Positions 48,983 through 62,171 of a stretch of DNA of 64,000 nucleotides are shown here, piece by piece. The stretch covers positions 186,001-250,000 of the forward strand of contig JAVKOQ020000037.1 in the NCBI GenBank assembly GCA_031835245.2. Reading direction: 5' to 3'. The notes beneath the pieces are model-generated. The model had not been told where the DNA came from. It saw nothing but the letters and a program-made list of their open reading frames with translations, and ran no database searches. Position numbers and translations under genes: made by a program. How positions within the stretch are numbered: the first letter of the stretch is position 1; each line of letters starts with the position of its first letter. The stretch comes from Balamuthia mandrillaris. Lineage: Eukaryota.

Positions 48983-51900
48983 TCAATGATTCCTTTTGAT
49001 GCCCCAAACCTCCACCACGACCACCGTGAAGTCCTCCGAGCTGGCCAAGCAGTCGTTGAGAAAGGTCTCGCTGCGTTGGCTGCACCCGTTCTCAAAGTCG
49101 GCATCGAACCAAAACCCGAAATTCCCACGACTGCATTCAAATAAATAAAAAATATATAAATAAATAATAAATGATAAATAAAATAATAAATAAAATAATA
49201 AATAAATAATAAATAATAAATAAAAACGTACTTGGGCCCTCCTCCGCCCATGCACACAAACTCCTCGGTGCAGGCCATGAACTTGTCGTTGATGCGGCTC
49301 CAAGGATACACCGCAAAGTTGGGGGCGAGGGTGAAGAGGAAGCTCTCTCCGGTGCCGCCGAACCCTGATCGCACCTCCCATGAGCCCGTTGCGAAGCCTC
49401 CAAAGATCTATTTTTTTTTTTGGAGTTTGTTTCATATAAGTAAGGAGAAGACAACGCAAAACAATTAAAGAAGAAGAACAAGAAGAAGAAGAACAAGAAC
49501 AAGAAGAATAAGAACAAGAAGAACAAGAACAAGAACAAGAAGAACAAGAAGAAGAAGAAGAACAAGAACAAGACAAGAACAAGAACAAGAACAAGAACAA
49601 GAACAAGAACAAGAACAAGAAGAACAAGAAGAACAAGAACAAGAACAAAGAAGAAGTTACGAACATATTTGTTGGAGTCTTCGATGACGATGATGGTCGG
49701 CTTGTGGTCCTGAAGGCGGCGATAAAAAGTGGTGAGGCTGATGCCGTGCTCCATCGTGCTGTACAAGAGTTCCCATTCGTTGTCCTGAAAACGGGCTGGT
49801 AGATGACTTGATAACTGGGTTGCAGATTGTTGAAGAAATGGTTAGCTTCAAATTCGCGGAGAAAAAGAGAAAGAGAAATGATAGGAAGAAGGAAGCGGAA
49901 AAGAAAAACCCAAGCAAGAAAGAGTTTAAACAATTACTTTGGTGAAATCCTGGATGCTGATCAAAGAAGAGGCATCCACCATGCGGGCAAGCAACTCTTC
50001 GCTGTCCTCGTCAAAGCTTTCATCACGTTCCCGTTGATCGACTTCCATCTTGCTTACGGGATGAGTCGGTTTGGGATGGTGGTGCAATTCTTCATGGGGT
50101 GAACTGCTATAGGGAGAATGCTGAACTTGTAAGTGATGATCCGTTGTTTTGAGGTCATCATCAGCTACGGCAGGCCGTAGTCGTGACACCATTCGTGAAA
50201 ATAAGCTCTCTTTCGCTCTATGTAAAAGAAAGATTGGGTCAATAGTGATACCAAAAAAAGAGGGAGGGAAGGAATTAGGAAGAAAACGAAGACTCACTTG
50301 GGAGGAGGCATGCTTGGTTGGACGGCAACAGAAGCATCCTGAATAAATGGAGTGGGAGCCGATCGCAACAAACCATCATAACTTGGGCTTCTTACTGGTT
50401 GTTGCTGTTCTTTCTTCTTTTGCAATGCTGCTCTTTCGTATTCCTCTGTGGAAGCCAACATCTCTTGAAGGTCGCTAAAGAGATCTCCAGCAGAAGAAGG
50501 GGAAGGAGACGCGCTTTCTTTTGAGGAAAGAGAGTCTAGCGATTTTCTTCTTCCCCTTCTTTGTAAAGCGAAACTATCGCTCTTGGTCGTCCATTTCTGT
50601 TGCTCCGCTGGCACTTCTTTCTTCTCTTTCTTTGAGCAAATTTCTTCTTCCCTCTCTTCTTCCTTCTCTTCTTTTTCTTTTTGTTCCTCTTTTTGTTGGT
50701 GTTCTTCTTTTTGTTGTTGTTGCTCTTTTAGCTCTGCCTTTTCTTTCATTCGTTGATCGATTTCCAATTCTTGTTCGATACGAACTAACTTCACTAGACA
50801 TTGCTCCAAACAAGGTCGACTGTGTTGCATGTGAAAACGAGCCACTTTGTTCAACGCTTTTTGCAACAGGATTTTTCGTTGATAGTCCACATTTGTGTCG
50901 GGAAGAAACTGGAAGGAAGGAGGAGCATGAGGATAGAACGAAGGAAATGTGATCTTGATTTGAATGATGATGGCGTATGTTGAAGAGGAAGAAGAATTGT
51001 TGTTGAGTAGTCTCTGTTTTTGCTTGGACCGATAAGTCGCGATGCAGTAACGCTCTACTACGTTGACCTGCAATTGTAATGTAAGTGAGCGCGAAGAAAG
51101 AACAAAGAATACCGCACATAAACAAACCTCATCAATTTTAAGGCGAGGGATAGTCATATGCGAAGATATCATGAGAAACTCTTGATTTAGGTCGAGAGGG
51201 ACTAAAGCGGAATACTTTTCTCGTGCAGCCAAGAGCGCAGCAGGAGATGGAAAGAGGGGAGAGGGTTCGAAACTGGGTGGTGACTCTTGCGGGGTGTCTC
51301 TGTAAATGGACTTTGGTTGAGAGTAGCTCCGCTTTTTTTTAACAAAGATTAAATGAGAAGATAGAACGAGAAGAGAAGAGAAAATAGATAAATATTGAAA
51401 AAAAAAGAAGAGAATAGAGAAAGAACCTCAGCAGTATCAAGTCCACGATCCCAGAAGAGCGATTTGTTGTTTGAATCATCTTCAGTGGCAGCGATTTCAC
51501 TCAAGGATGACATGACAGGAGGTGTACGAGGAGAAAGAGTGTTGGATCGAAGACGACGAGAGGAAGGAGGCCGCAGGGAATTCCGTTGAGCGCCCAATTC
51601 CACTCTGCCGCCGAGATAGTGCGATTGGTTAGTTGACTGCTTGGTCGATGAAGAGCCAAGTTCTTCTGGTTCTTGTTCTTCTGTGGCTTCATCATCGTCT
51701 TTTTGTATCTCTAGTTTGGTATCGCGATCAGGAGAGTCGGATGGTGTATCAAAAGCTCGAGTCTCAGTTGGTCCTATATAACAGAGGAGATAAAAACGGA
51801 ACAAACCAATTATTACACAATAAGAAAGAAGGAGGATATAAGGAAAAGCAGAAGAAGCCAAAGTGGCTTTTTTACCTGCTGAGATTGACCGTTTCCTCCG

Positions 51901-53794
51901 CTCTGATGAAGATTGCAACTCTTGCGCTTCATGCTTGATCGTATCTGTTACTTCTTGTAAATGTTTCAACACCTCATAATATGCTGAGGATTTTTCTCCG
52001 CTGTCTTTTTCTTCTTTTTCTTTCGTCGCTTCCTCTCTTTTAATCGATGAGTCTCGCTCTTCTGTCCTCTTTGTTGATGTTCTCGTCGTATTTGTGTTCG
52101 TTGTAGGAACGATAGAAACATTTGTTGAGGAAGTCAAACTATCCTCTCGGAGCTTCACGTATTCCTCTTCATTCATGACCAGATCCCAAACGTTGAGTCG
52201 TCTATCTTTACCCCATGAAAAGATTCGGCCAGTATTTGTAACATGTGCTCGAGAACCTTTGAGCATAGCAAAGAACCCACGAGCGGAGCGTGGTTGCTGG
52301 CTATCTTCTTCTACTTCTCCTTCAGTTTTTTTCCAAACGAAACTTTGCACAGTATCCGTGTGGAAGGCGTAGGTCACGATTGGAGTGGATGGTTCTTGGA
52401 AGCTCCATTGCTTGAAGGCATGTTCGCCACGCCCTAGAGTCAACACGCCTCCTAGCGATGGCTTTTCGTTTTTCGTGGTTGGGGTGTTAATGTTTTGTGA
52501 GAGAGAGAGAGAGAGATAGAGAGAGAGAGAGGGAGTGAGAGAGAGGGAGAGACAGAGACAGAGACAGAGACAGAGACAGAGAGACAGAGAGAGACAGAGA
52601 GAGACAGAGAGGACAGAGACAGAGACAGAGACAGAGACAGAGACAGAGAGCAGTGAATAAGAAGATGGAGAAAGATACCGAGTATTGGGCACAAACAACT
52701 GGAACGCCGGTTTGTACAATGTGTTGATGGTGCTTTGGTTGCGTAGTGTCCCATTCCTGAATAACAGAAACAGACCCAGGGTTTATAAAGAGATCATATT
52801 TCAATTAATCAAGTGAGCAACCAAAAGAGATAGAGAGAAAGAGATATTGGACCTTGACGGTCTTGTCTTGAGAGGCAGTGATAAGAGAAGTTTCGTATTT
52901 GTGATGCCAGTCCACGTCCGTAATGTCATGAGCATGTGCTGTAATATACAGCACCGGTGTTGCGGTTTTCTAACAAGAAGAAAAAAGAATAAGAAACAAA
53001 GATCAATGGAACAGGAAGAACAGCAATAACAAGATACAAGATAGACAAAATAATAAAAGAAGAAAGAGAAAAACGAACTCGAATATCCCAAACGTGAACT
53101 TGGCCAAGAGAGGTGGATAAAAGATACATAGCATTGCAACGATTCCATTCCACAAGACCTCCCATCGTATGTTTGAGTGAGTTGATCTTGTTGGCGGCGT
53201 TGGCAAAGCGAAGGTCCCACAAATAGGTGCTGGGACCGGAACGTGTGCACAAAAGATTTCGTTCAAATGGACTCCACGAAATATCTTTGACCGCTCTACA
53301 GAAGTAGTAATGAGTAAAAAAGAAAATGGAAAGGAAGACACAGAGTAAGAATAGAAACTAATCACGAAAAGTGAGACCTGTTGTGGGCGTTATCAATCTT
53401 TGAGTATTGTGTTAACTTTGAGTCCTGCCACTTCCATATTCGAATCACTGTGTTGCTCTATTATGATAATTATCATTCATGAATTGTAAGCATTTGCGTG
53501 TAAAAGCAGAGAGAGAGAGAGAGAGATGAGAAACAAACCACAGTAGCAAGTGTATTATGGAATGGAGCCCATTTTACAAGGTTAACCTCCCACCGAGGAT
53601 TACGCTCCACTGTGATCTTGCTCAAGGAAGCCTCTGCATCCAGGCCTGATGCTGAAGCCATTGCCTCGTTTATATTCAGCAACGATAGCCCCTTTCTGTT
53701 TGTTGTAATCGGTAGTTTAGAGGTTGAATGTAGAGAGAAGCAGAGCAAAGAAGCGTGTTAGAGAAGCAGAGAGTAGAGAGTGAGGCCAATAGAC

Positions 53795-53832
<38 letters not shown>

Positions 53833-54225
53833 AACAGTGGTTGTTTACCCGCCAAAGATGGCGAGAGAGCCATCATGGTTGACGTCAAACGCCACGCATG
53901 TCTGTGACAGGTTCAAAGAGGCCAGCAGGCGTCCTCTCTCCTGGGCCTGTTGTGCCGCCGTTCTCTGCTGGGTTGGCGGTCTGGTGAGTCGTGCATATGT
54001 GGAACGAGAGGAAGAGGTGGAATGCGTTGTTGCTTGTTGTTGTTTTTGAGGAGAACTCGTTGCCGAGGAAGCAGAAGGTCTACGGTAGGAAGATGAGGCT
54101 GAGGGAGGGTTGGATTTGTGCCATGTGGCACGACGTGCAGCGCCCACGTTGCCACCTCCACCTTCAGCAACGACAACGGCTGTCGTGGTGGTGGTGGTGG
54201 TGTCGGTTACCGTAGGAGCGTCCAT
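48983..54225 (-). CDS. WDR59/Sea3-like WD40-RWD protein with a C-terminal TLDc domain (multi-exon)
   Basis: WD40 repeats; RWD ITFPSFYPHAPPSFQF...PCLEQCLVKLV; TLDc WELLYSTMEHGISLTTFY...IFGGF...GTGESFLF...MGGG...SETFLN..L...VEVWG. The joins from the end of the WD40 region to the TLDc were checked and are in frame. Confidence 0.85.
49468..49655. repeat. (AAGAAC)n/(AAG)n intronic microsatellite
   Basis: Tandem hexamer visible inside an intron of the TLDc region. Confidence 0.9.
52499..52650. repeat. (GA)n/(GAGACA)n intronic microsatellite
   Basis: Tandem repeats visible in the sequence. Confidence 0.9.
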
Positions 54226-54962
54226 CCTGTAATTTTTTTTATTATTTGCTGAGAGAAAGAAAACTCACCATCAGAAGAGAAAGAAGGAGAGCATTTGGGG
54301 GGACCACACACACATTCGACATACCAAATGGGAGTGTGACTCCTTGTTTTTTTCGCTTTGGGGTGGGGTGGGAGTCGTCTCTCCGTTCTTGTTTGTTCTG
54401 TTGTTCTGCTGACAAACGTGTCAACGTTCTTCTTCTTTCTGCTTCGGGTTTTTTTGTTTGTTTGTTTTGGTGGTGGTAGGGGAGGGGCAGGCAGGATAGC
54501 GTGGTAGTACGGCTGAAGGAGAAAGAAAAAAAAAAACCAAACCGCCCGCACCCGCTACGCAGAACTCTCCTTCTCTTTTTCTGTGTAGCAAAACCACAGA
54601 AACCCAAGCCTGTTCCTGTGGCACTAGCAAGGATGTGTGTGGGTGTGTGTTTTTTTTTTTCCTCTTATTTCTATTTTTTTGTGCATAATTACCTTTTTTT
54701 TTTTTGTGTGTTGTGTGTTTTCGTGGACCTGCGCAACAAGTAGGGAGAACTATGCTGCGTTCTTTATTACCCCCCTTTTTTATTTTGTAATGACCCCACA
54801 ACAAGACAAGTGCAGTTTTTTTTTTGATGATCGGACGAGCAAAGAGAGAGAAGCCGAAAGGAGAAATTTGTGGGTGTAAAGAGATTGTTTTTTTTTGAAG
54901 ATAAACAACAAGGAAAGAGATAATTACAAAAGGAACAGGAAGGAAAAATACAAATACACACG

Positions 54963-55807
54963 CTACAAGAAAAAACGATACAAGCCATAAGTACTTTGTG
55001 ACAGAGTCACGGTAGATACCAGAGCACTTGCCAAAGTTTTCTTGTCTTTGGTCATTGCAGGGATGCACCGAGATCCCCAGTGGAGGGATGTCACTCGATC
55101 CGAACAAGCAAACAATAGAGAGACCAAGATCTCAAACCACACTCTATGAGTGAAAGTGTTGTGTAGGAGTAAGTTAGTAGCCACCAAAAAAGGTAGACTT
55201 ACTCCGAGTTGGTGCCAAAGGCATTGATGCCATAGAGCTCCATTAAAGTATACCAGCTTCCGTCAAAGAGAGGCAAAGAGGCATCAGCATCTGATGATAC
55301 AGCTCCGCGCAGATCCCCGTTGTTCTGGTTGTAGAAAGGAGCAAGAGAAGAGGAGCAAGAGGAAGAAGGAACAGGAGAAGAAATAACAGCAACAGGAGAA
55401 GAAAAGCCGGAATAAGGGGCGGGAGTAACCGGTCGATTAATCTGCTGTGCCAGCCAAGAGTCTCCCACGAGTCCGCTACTTCGCTGTCCCTTCCTAACTC
55501 CAGTGCATAAAGCCAAAGGAGAAAAAGAAGGGAAAGAAGCAGGTACCTTCCTCGGGGTGCGGCGTACGTGTTTGGCGTTTCTTCTTTTGCGGATGTGGCT
55601 TCCAAGCTTGGGCTTCTGGGTCTTGTTCTTGCCGAAGGGAGTAGTCGATCGTCGATTGTGACCACGGAAAGGGGAGTTGCTGACCACGTGAGCGAGGCGG
55701 CTGCGGCTGCACGATTCCTTGCGGGAGGCAAAATCAAGGCGCTTCTTGAGGTGGTCGGGGAGTGCGTTCATGGTAGCTTCGCTAGGCAGGCCGTAAGAGT
55801 GCTTCAT
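54963..55807 (-). CDS. Hypothetical protein (probably 2 exons)
   Basis: ATG at 55807 (MKHSYGLPSE). The apparent stop at 55199 lies in a GTAAGT donor, followed by a TACTAAC branch site and CATAG acceptor, joining in frame to ORF 54963-55187. Confidence 0.55.
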
Positions 55808-56322
55808 TGTGAATGCAGTAGTAGAAAAATCAATTGGTGTCGAAACAAACAGTTTTAGCAAAGGTGTGTTAAAAAAAAGGAAACCAAAAAAATAAAGTGT
55901 AGGACAGAAGCTTCAAAAAAAATCAAAGAAACAAAAAAATTGATGTTCCAAAAGAAAAAATCAAAGGGGGTGATAAAAATAGGGGAGCGTGCAGTATTAC
56001 CCAAAAAAAAAGTAGTAGGAGAGGCTGTGTGTGCTTTGTTGTGTAGAAAGGGAAATAAAAAAATTTGCCCCAAGCAGAGAAACAAAAAGTGCTCCCCCCA
56101 GCGCAAATTCTCTGCCTTTTCTATTGTTGTCGACATTTATTTCCCTACAAGGAAAAATTTCAAAGAGGGTTACCAAGCACCCTCGAATTGTTGCATCTCT
56201 GAGGGTTGCTCCAATATTTTCTGCGAGCAGTGTTTGTTGTCATTTGCTGCTCGCCTTTTGTTGTCGACATTAAAAAAAAGAAAAGGAAGGAAGCCAAACA
56301 GAGGACGAAGCGCGCATTGGAG

Positions 56323-57017
56323 ATGAGTTTCCTCAAGTCTCCATTCGGTGGCAGCGGCACCAACGAAACCGCAGAGGACCGCCAGAAGAAAAGAGAGGAG
56401 GTGCTCACATGGGCCAAGAAACGCAAGGAGGAGAGGGAGAGATTGGAGGCCGGCGGGGGCGCCTCCTCCACCTGGACCTCCAAGCTTTGGGGCAACCACG
56501 GTAACAGCGAGGGACAGGGAGAGAGCTCCTCCTCGTCCTCCTCTTCGAGCCTAGGACGTGGTTCAACGCCCAGCAGAGCTTCTGGCTCTCGTGCTTACTC
56601 TTCAAGAAGTGGTAGTAGTAGCAGTCGCACCCAAAAAGGCTTCTTAGGCTTCTCTTGGGGCCAAGCACAGCCCTCCTCTTCTTCATCATCGATAGGTGAA
56701 AATCCCTTTTTTTTCTCTTTTGTTTCGCACTTTCTTTTTGTTGTTGTTTGCTCACTCTTCGCATGACCCCAAACAAAAAAGACGCGGACCTGGAAGACGG
56801 GAGCCCCTCTGCCTACTTTCAACCGACCGCCATGGACAAGCTGCGGTGGGGCTGGGTGGACTTTACCCACCGGGTGCGGCCCTCCCGCGGCACCACCTGT
56901 TGCTGCTGCTCCTCGTTCTGCTGCGTGGTGGCCGTGCTGACCGTCATTCTGTTGGTGGTCCTCGTGGCCGTCCTCAAGTTTGCTTGGAACAACAAGCAGC
57001 TGCTGATGTTTGCCTGA
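56323..57017 (+). CDS. Small tail-anchored membrane protein with a juxtamembrane Cys cluster (2 exons)
   Basis: MSFLKSPF..., intron 56696-56781 in frame, C-terminus TTCCCCSSFCCVVAVLTVILLVVLVAVLKFAW. Confidence 0.75.
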
Positions 57018-57771
57018 AGGGCTGGAGAGAGAGGAAAAAAAAAACAGAAGGAAAGAAGAAGAAGCAGAAGCAGAACGACACCAATAAGAATACGAGGAGA
57101 AAGAAGAAGGTAATGGACTTGGTCATTTTTTTTTCTTATTGTATAGTTTTATATTTTATTTGGTTGTAAATACACTTTATTTTTCTGTTTTTGTTTCTGT
57201 TTTTGTTTGTTTTTTTTTTCTGTTTTCTGTTTTTTTTCTGGTTTTTATATTTCTGTTTTTTTGTTTTTATTTTTAGTTAAGAACAACAAAAACATTCTGC
57301 ATTGGCCTGACCTTGTTCGTTTATTATTGTTTTTTTTTTTTGCTTGCTAGGTGTTACAAACTGCAGCTCTGCAAGGGGGGGGGGGGGGGAATACGTCGTC
57401 CTCTCCTCTCCAGGGCAAAGGCTTCCTGCACACACACTCACACGCAAGAAGACCGGCAGGAACGGCCAACTTGTTTTGTGCGGCGAAAGGACACCTTAGC
57501 TTAGAAGAGCAGCACGGGAGCACGAAACTAGCAAAGGAGGAGCTGCCCTTCTGCACCGTGGCCCTTTAAAAAGGAGCCCCCAAGCAAAGGCCTGTTGTTC
57601 GCCGAAACGGCGTTTGCGGAGGGATCTCCCCCCCCCCCTCCAAAGCAAAAGCCGCACCACCCGCTCCTACGAGGATCGTCCTTAGGGTGAGTTAGCGGAA
57701 GTGTCTTCCCCTTTTTTGGAGCTTTGCCATTTGGCTTTGCAAACGGATAGCAGAAGGGAGGGAGATAGAGG

Positions 57772-57996
57772 ATGAACGACCATGTCTCGCCGAGATCTTT
57801 TCTTGCTCTGGGGGAGGCCGAGATAGCGGCCTACACCGGCTTTGAGCTTGGCAGCGAGGAGATGAACTGGTTGAGCAAACCTTTGGGCAAAAGATATTGG
57901 AAAACCGTACGTTGTGTGGTTTTTCTGTTTATAATTTTTTTATTCTGTTTAGTTTTTGTAGTTCGTGTCCTTTCTTTCTTTCTTTCTTTCTCTCAT

Positions 57997-58036
<40 letters not shown>

Positions 58037-58052
58037 GTTCTCTTTCTCTCTT

Positions 58053-58087
<35 letters not shown>

Positions 58088-59544
58088 GTAAGAATTTGGC
58101 TGGTTGACAATAGGATTGGGAAGAAGACTTAAGTTATCCTTCGCTTGTAAAGGATGAGCCGGGATACGTTCGGGAACTTGGAAGCAAGAACCCAACGTTC
58201 AAGGATCCTAACTACAAGAAAGACATGTTATATGGTCTCATGGAAGCTGACAAGTACAAACGTTATTACCGCGATTACTTCTATGAACGAGGTTCTTTCT
58301 TCTTTCTTCTTTCTTCTTTCTTCTTCTTTCTTATAACATGCTTCTTCCCCTAACACGACTTCAATATAGAACATGACAACTATGCTTGCACAATGGACGA
58401 GCTCAACAAGGAAGGACCTATCATTATCAGTGTAGACTCTGCACCACAAAACGCTAAACACCACAAGGTCTTGGTCCAAACGAAAAAGGTACCTCGTCCA
58501 TTATCCTTCCTGTCGTTCGTTCAATGTTTCTGAATTTGGTTCGTTCTTTTATCATAAGGGTTGTGAGCGCGTGACCATCACAGCCAAGAGCATCAGCGAC
58601 CACGGCTCCAAGATCAAGGCCATCAAACAGACACAACCGCAACTTCAGCTGGAGAACATCAAGTTCTTCAAAGCAAAACATCCCAAAATGCGGGAGTTGC
58701 TTCTCAAGTACGAAGAATCCACCATTTCCACATGTTACAAGTTTGGAGTCATCTATTGTAAAGAAGGACAGACAACCGAAGATGAAATGTACAACAACGG
58801 TTTGTATCTGCAGGATATGCTGTTGACTTCTCCTCTCCATGTCTGCTCTTTCTGTTCATTTTGCTAATTGTGCACGTAACCCTAGAGCATGGAAGTCCTG
58901 CCTTTGAAACGTTTCTCAACTTTCTTGGCAATCGAGTTGTTTTAGAGGGCTTTACCGGCTTCAGAGGAGGCCTTGACATAAAAAGTAGTTCCTTTCTCTA
59001 GTTTTCATGTCTGTGTTTCTTCCGTTGTTGACTCATTTTTTTAACGTAGCCAATACAACGGGTACGCATTCTGTGCATACCACCTTTCATGAGGGCAACG
59101 AGATCATGTTTCACGTGTCCACGTTACTGGCATACTCTCCAGGAGACCCTCAACAGGTGGAAAGGAAACGACATCTCGGCAACGATCTTGTTATCATTGT
59201 CTTCCAAGAGGGACCCAACGAGCCGTTCTCTCCTTCTTCTTTTCGTTCTCAATTCAATCGTACGTATACATATGCTTGCCTGTCTTGTGTTCATGTTTTT
59301 GTGTTTTTTTAACAAGCCCATGCTTATTGTGCCTTCTGATAACCGCTATAACCGATATCAGATGTTTTCCTGGTCGTAACGCCGGTTCCATCGATAGATG
59401 GCAAATTTGGAGCACTCAGCTTCCAGGTCAACATTATTTGCAAAGAAGGGGTGTATCCGTTTGGGCCGCATCTCCCTTATCCTCCTGTCTTTTCTACTGC
59501 AGACCCCAACGCAAGAGAGTGGTTCATCACAAAACGTATTAGCT

Positions 59545-59581
<37 letters not shown>

Positions 59582-61014
59582 TCGTTGTGCTTTGCTCACC
59601 CAAACATATAACAGTAATAAACGCAGAGCGAGCTGCATTTTGGGCACCGGACTTTGTCATCAAGCTGCGCAACACTCGAAAGCTTCAGCTCTCAGCCATC
59701 ATCGAAGAATGCAGCGAATCCGTTTCGCAATCCAGAGTCCTTCCTTCCTTGAAGAAAGGGGTCAGCTTCATCGACATGAGCAAGAAGAAGAAAGTTAAGA
59801 AAGGATCGCTTGGCAGCAAAAGCTTTAGCGGTCCTATTCCTTCCGACTCTACTCCGTTGGAGGAAGACCCGTTTTCTTCCCCTTCCGTTTCTATTTCTTC
59901 CTCTTCATCTATTTATCAAGCACTATCATCTTCTACGCCCATCCCAACGTCCGCTTCATTAACGAACAATCAAGCGTTGGATGGTGGCAGCGACAGTAAC
60001 AGCGACTCTGTTCCTCGACTGCAACGGAGACGAAGCGGTGAGCTGAAAGAGGCAAACAATTCACCTATGTTTGCCCAGATTAAGGCTGACTTACAAGCTC
60101 AACTCGATCTGAGAAGAGACCGAGCCTCTACGACCATTTCTTCCACGCCTACTTTCAATAACAGCCCGATACTAAGTCGAAGATCCCACACGGTTTCCTC
60201 GTGTTCTCCCGCTTCGTTTGACTTGGCAAGATGCAACCCGCCAACATCACCTGCTTTTACTCCGCTATCTCCTTCAACCCCTTCAGCTGCCACTTATATT
60301 TCAGCTCCGCCTCCACAACGCCCTGTTCCTGTCGCTCCCATCCAAAGACCGAGCAATGGCGGTAGTGTAATACCACTTCCTTCTTCCTCCGTTCCATCAC
60401 CTTCTCCTACTTTTTCTGCTTCTACCTTTTCTGCTTATCGACCAAGGTCCTCTCCTTCACCTCCGCCTGTTCAGCCCCCTCCTCCTGCTTATCAAAGACG
60501 AGCTACAGCTGCTAATATTTACCATCCCTCTGCTTCTGCTTTCAATTCTGTTTCATCATCATTGTCTTCATCTTATTCATCCTCTTCCGCCCCTGCTTCT
60601 GCTGTCTCGTCTACTTCCACTTCTCCATCCTTTCCTTCTCCTAGAACCGTAACTTTCTCTCCGATACAAGAGGAGGACACCACTTACGCTCCCAACTTTA
60701 CTTCTTCACAACACCAGCACCAACATCAGCCTCCTCCGCTGGCTTCTCCTCCCCCCAACAGACCTCTTCCTCCCATTGGGGTGGCAACACAAAGACCTCG
60801 CTCTGGCAGTGGTATTTTAAAACACAACAAAGGAACCATTTTGCCACCCCACACTCTCGCCAGAGTGCCTTCTCCAGTTACCTACAAGCATGACATGATG
60901 AATGGTGACGATGCTTGTGCAGACGGCACTGGTGATAGTGTTCAGGATGATGTTCCCCCTCCTTTGCCTGCGCGCGATCCTTGTCCCACTGCTCCATTGT
61001 CGTCTTCGTCATAG
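57772..61014 (+). CDS. Rap/Ran GTPase-activating protein (RapGAP domain) with a Pro/Ser-rich tail (multi-exon)
   Basis: YKFGVIYCKEGQTTEDEMYNN, FLNFLG..FTGFRGGLD, EIMFHVSTLL, QQVERKRHLGND (Asn thumb), INAERA. Confidence 0.92.
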
Positions 61015-61169
61015 GGGATTCCATTTTGTTCTGGAATGTATGGTTTCAAAAATGAACCTATCTTCTTATTTATTTTTGTTGTTTGCTTTGAGGTCCAGTT
61101 GGGTTAGCCAATGCAGACCACCAGCGAAACCTGGGAGTCAACTCTTCCTGATGTTTTGGGCTCGTGGTC

Positions 61170-61410
61170 ATGTCTTGGCGCAGCAGCAACGGTCATTTGG
61201 AAGTGCTGCACTGCGCTTGGCGTGGTCCTCGGCCGCAACGGATGACATTTGTAAGTGCTGCGATGGGTCATAGAGAACGGTTGTCCTTGCGACGCACAGC
61301 CATGCACAACCGCAGCAGCAAGCTTGCATTTGAATAAAATTTTGGAACGAGCTTTGGGATCTTGGCACTGGGCTAATCGGATCATGCAAATCCATGGCAA
61401 TGTGGAAGCT
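61170..61410 (+). pseudogene. Decayed 'CPW' ankyrin-repeat fragment
   Basis: Reads SNGHLEVLHCAW then RNG*HL*VLRWVIENGCPCDAQPCTTAAASLHL, with in-frame stops and a frame change. Confidence 0.7.
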
Positions 61411-61411
61411 T

Positions 61412-61412
<1 letters not shown>

Positions 61413-61446
<34 letters not shown>

Positions 61447-61640
61447 AGAGAAGAGAGAAGAGAGAAGAGAGAAGAGAGAAGAGAGAAGAGAGAAGAGAGA
61501 AAAGAGAGAAGATAGAGAAGATAGAGAAGAGAGAAGAGAGAAGAGAGAAGAGAGAAGAGAGAAGAGAGAAGAGAGAAGAGAGAAGATGTTGAAGAGAGAA
61601 GATGGAGAAGATAGAGCAGAGAGATGAGAGAGGATAGAGA
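61413..61640. repeat. (GA)n/(GAGAA)n/(GAGAAGA)n purine microsatellite block
   Basis: Tandem repeats visible in the sequence. Confidence 0.9.
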
Positions 61641-62171
61641 GGAGAGTCGTCATTAAAAGCACATTTTTGTCGACGAGGATGCGATAAATTTGACCGCAAC
61701 AAAAAAAAAATCGGGTTTCTTCAGCGGAAATAAAAAATCGTAATAAATCTGTGGTGTTGTCCTCTGTCTCTCTCTCTCTCTCTCTCTCTCTTGCCGCGTG
61801 TGTGCGTGTATCGACGAGGCGCTCCTCCCGAAATTTGTATTTGATTAGAAACAACAACAGAAGAAGAAGAAGAAAGGTGCGTGTGTGTGGTGTTTGTTGT
61901 TATGATTTGTTTTTTTGTTTTGTTTTTGAATGGGGGTAAACAAAGCTTTACATGAGGCAAAAAAAAAAAAACATGACAAGAGTGACCACAAACAATCTCT
62001 TTGCTTTCTTTCTGCTACGAAAAGATGTGGTTTTTTCTTTCTGCTTTGAGCTGTGTCTTTCCTTCTTTTTTGTTACACTAGTGTAAAAAAAAAAAGCTGA
62101 CCTTTCTTCTCCTTCTTATCTTTGTCTCTCCCCCGTTACGCTTCATCTTTAAAAAAAAAAAAAAAGATAGA

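Noticed and set aside
57361..57770. GC-rich leader with hairpins upstream of RapGAP (a similar one lies at 30750-31010)
   Set aside because: The stems are short and expected at this GC content, with no recognisable boxes or terminator.
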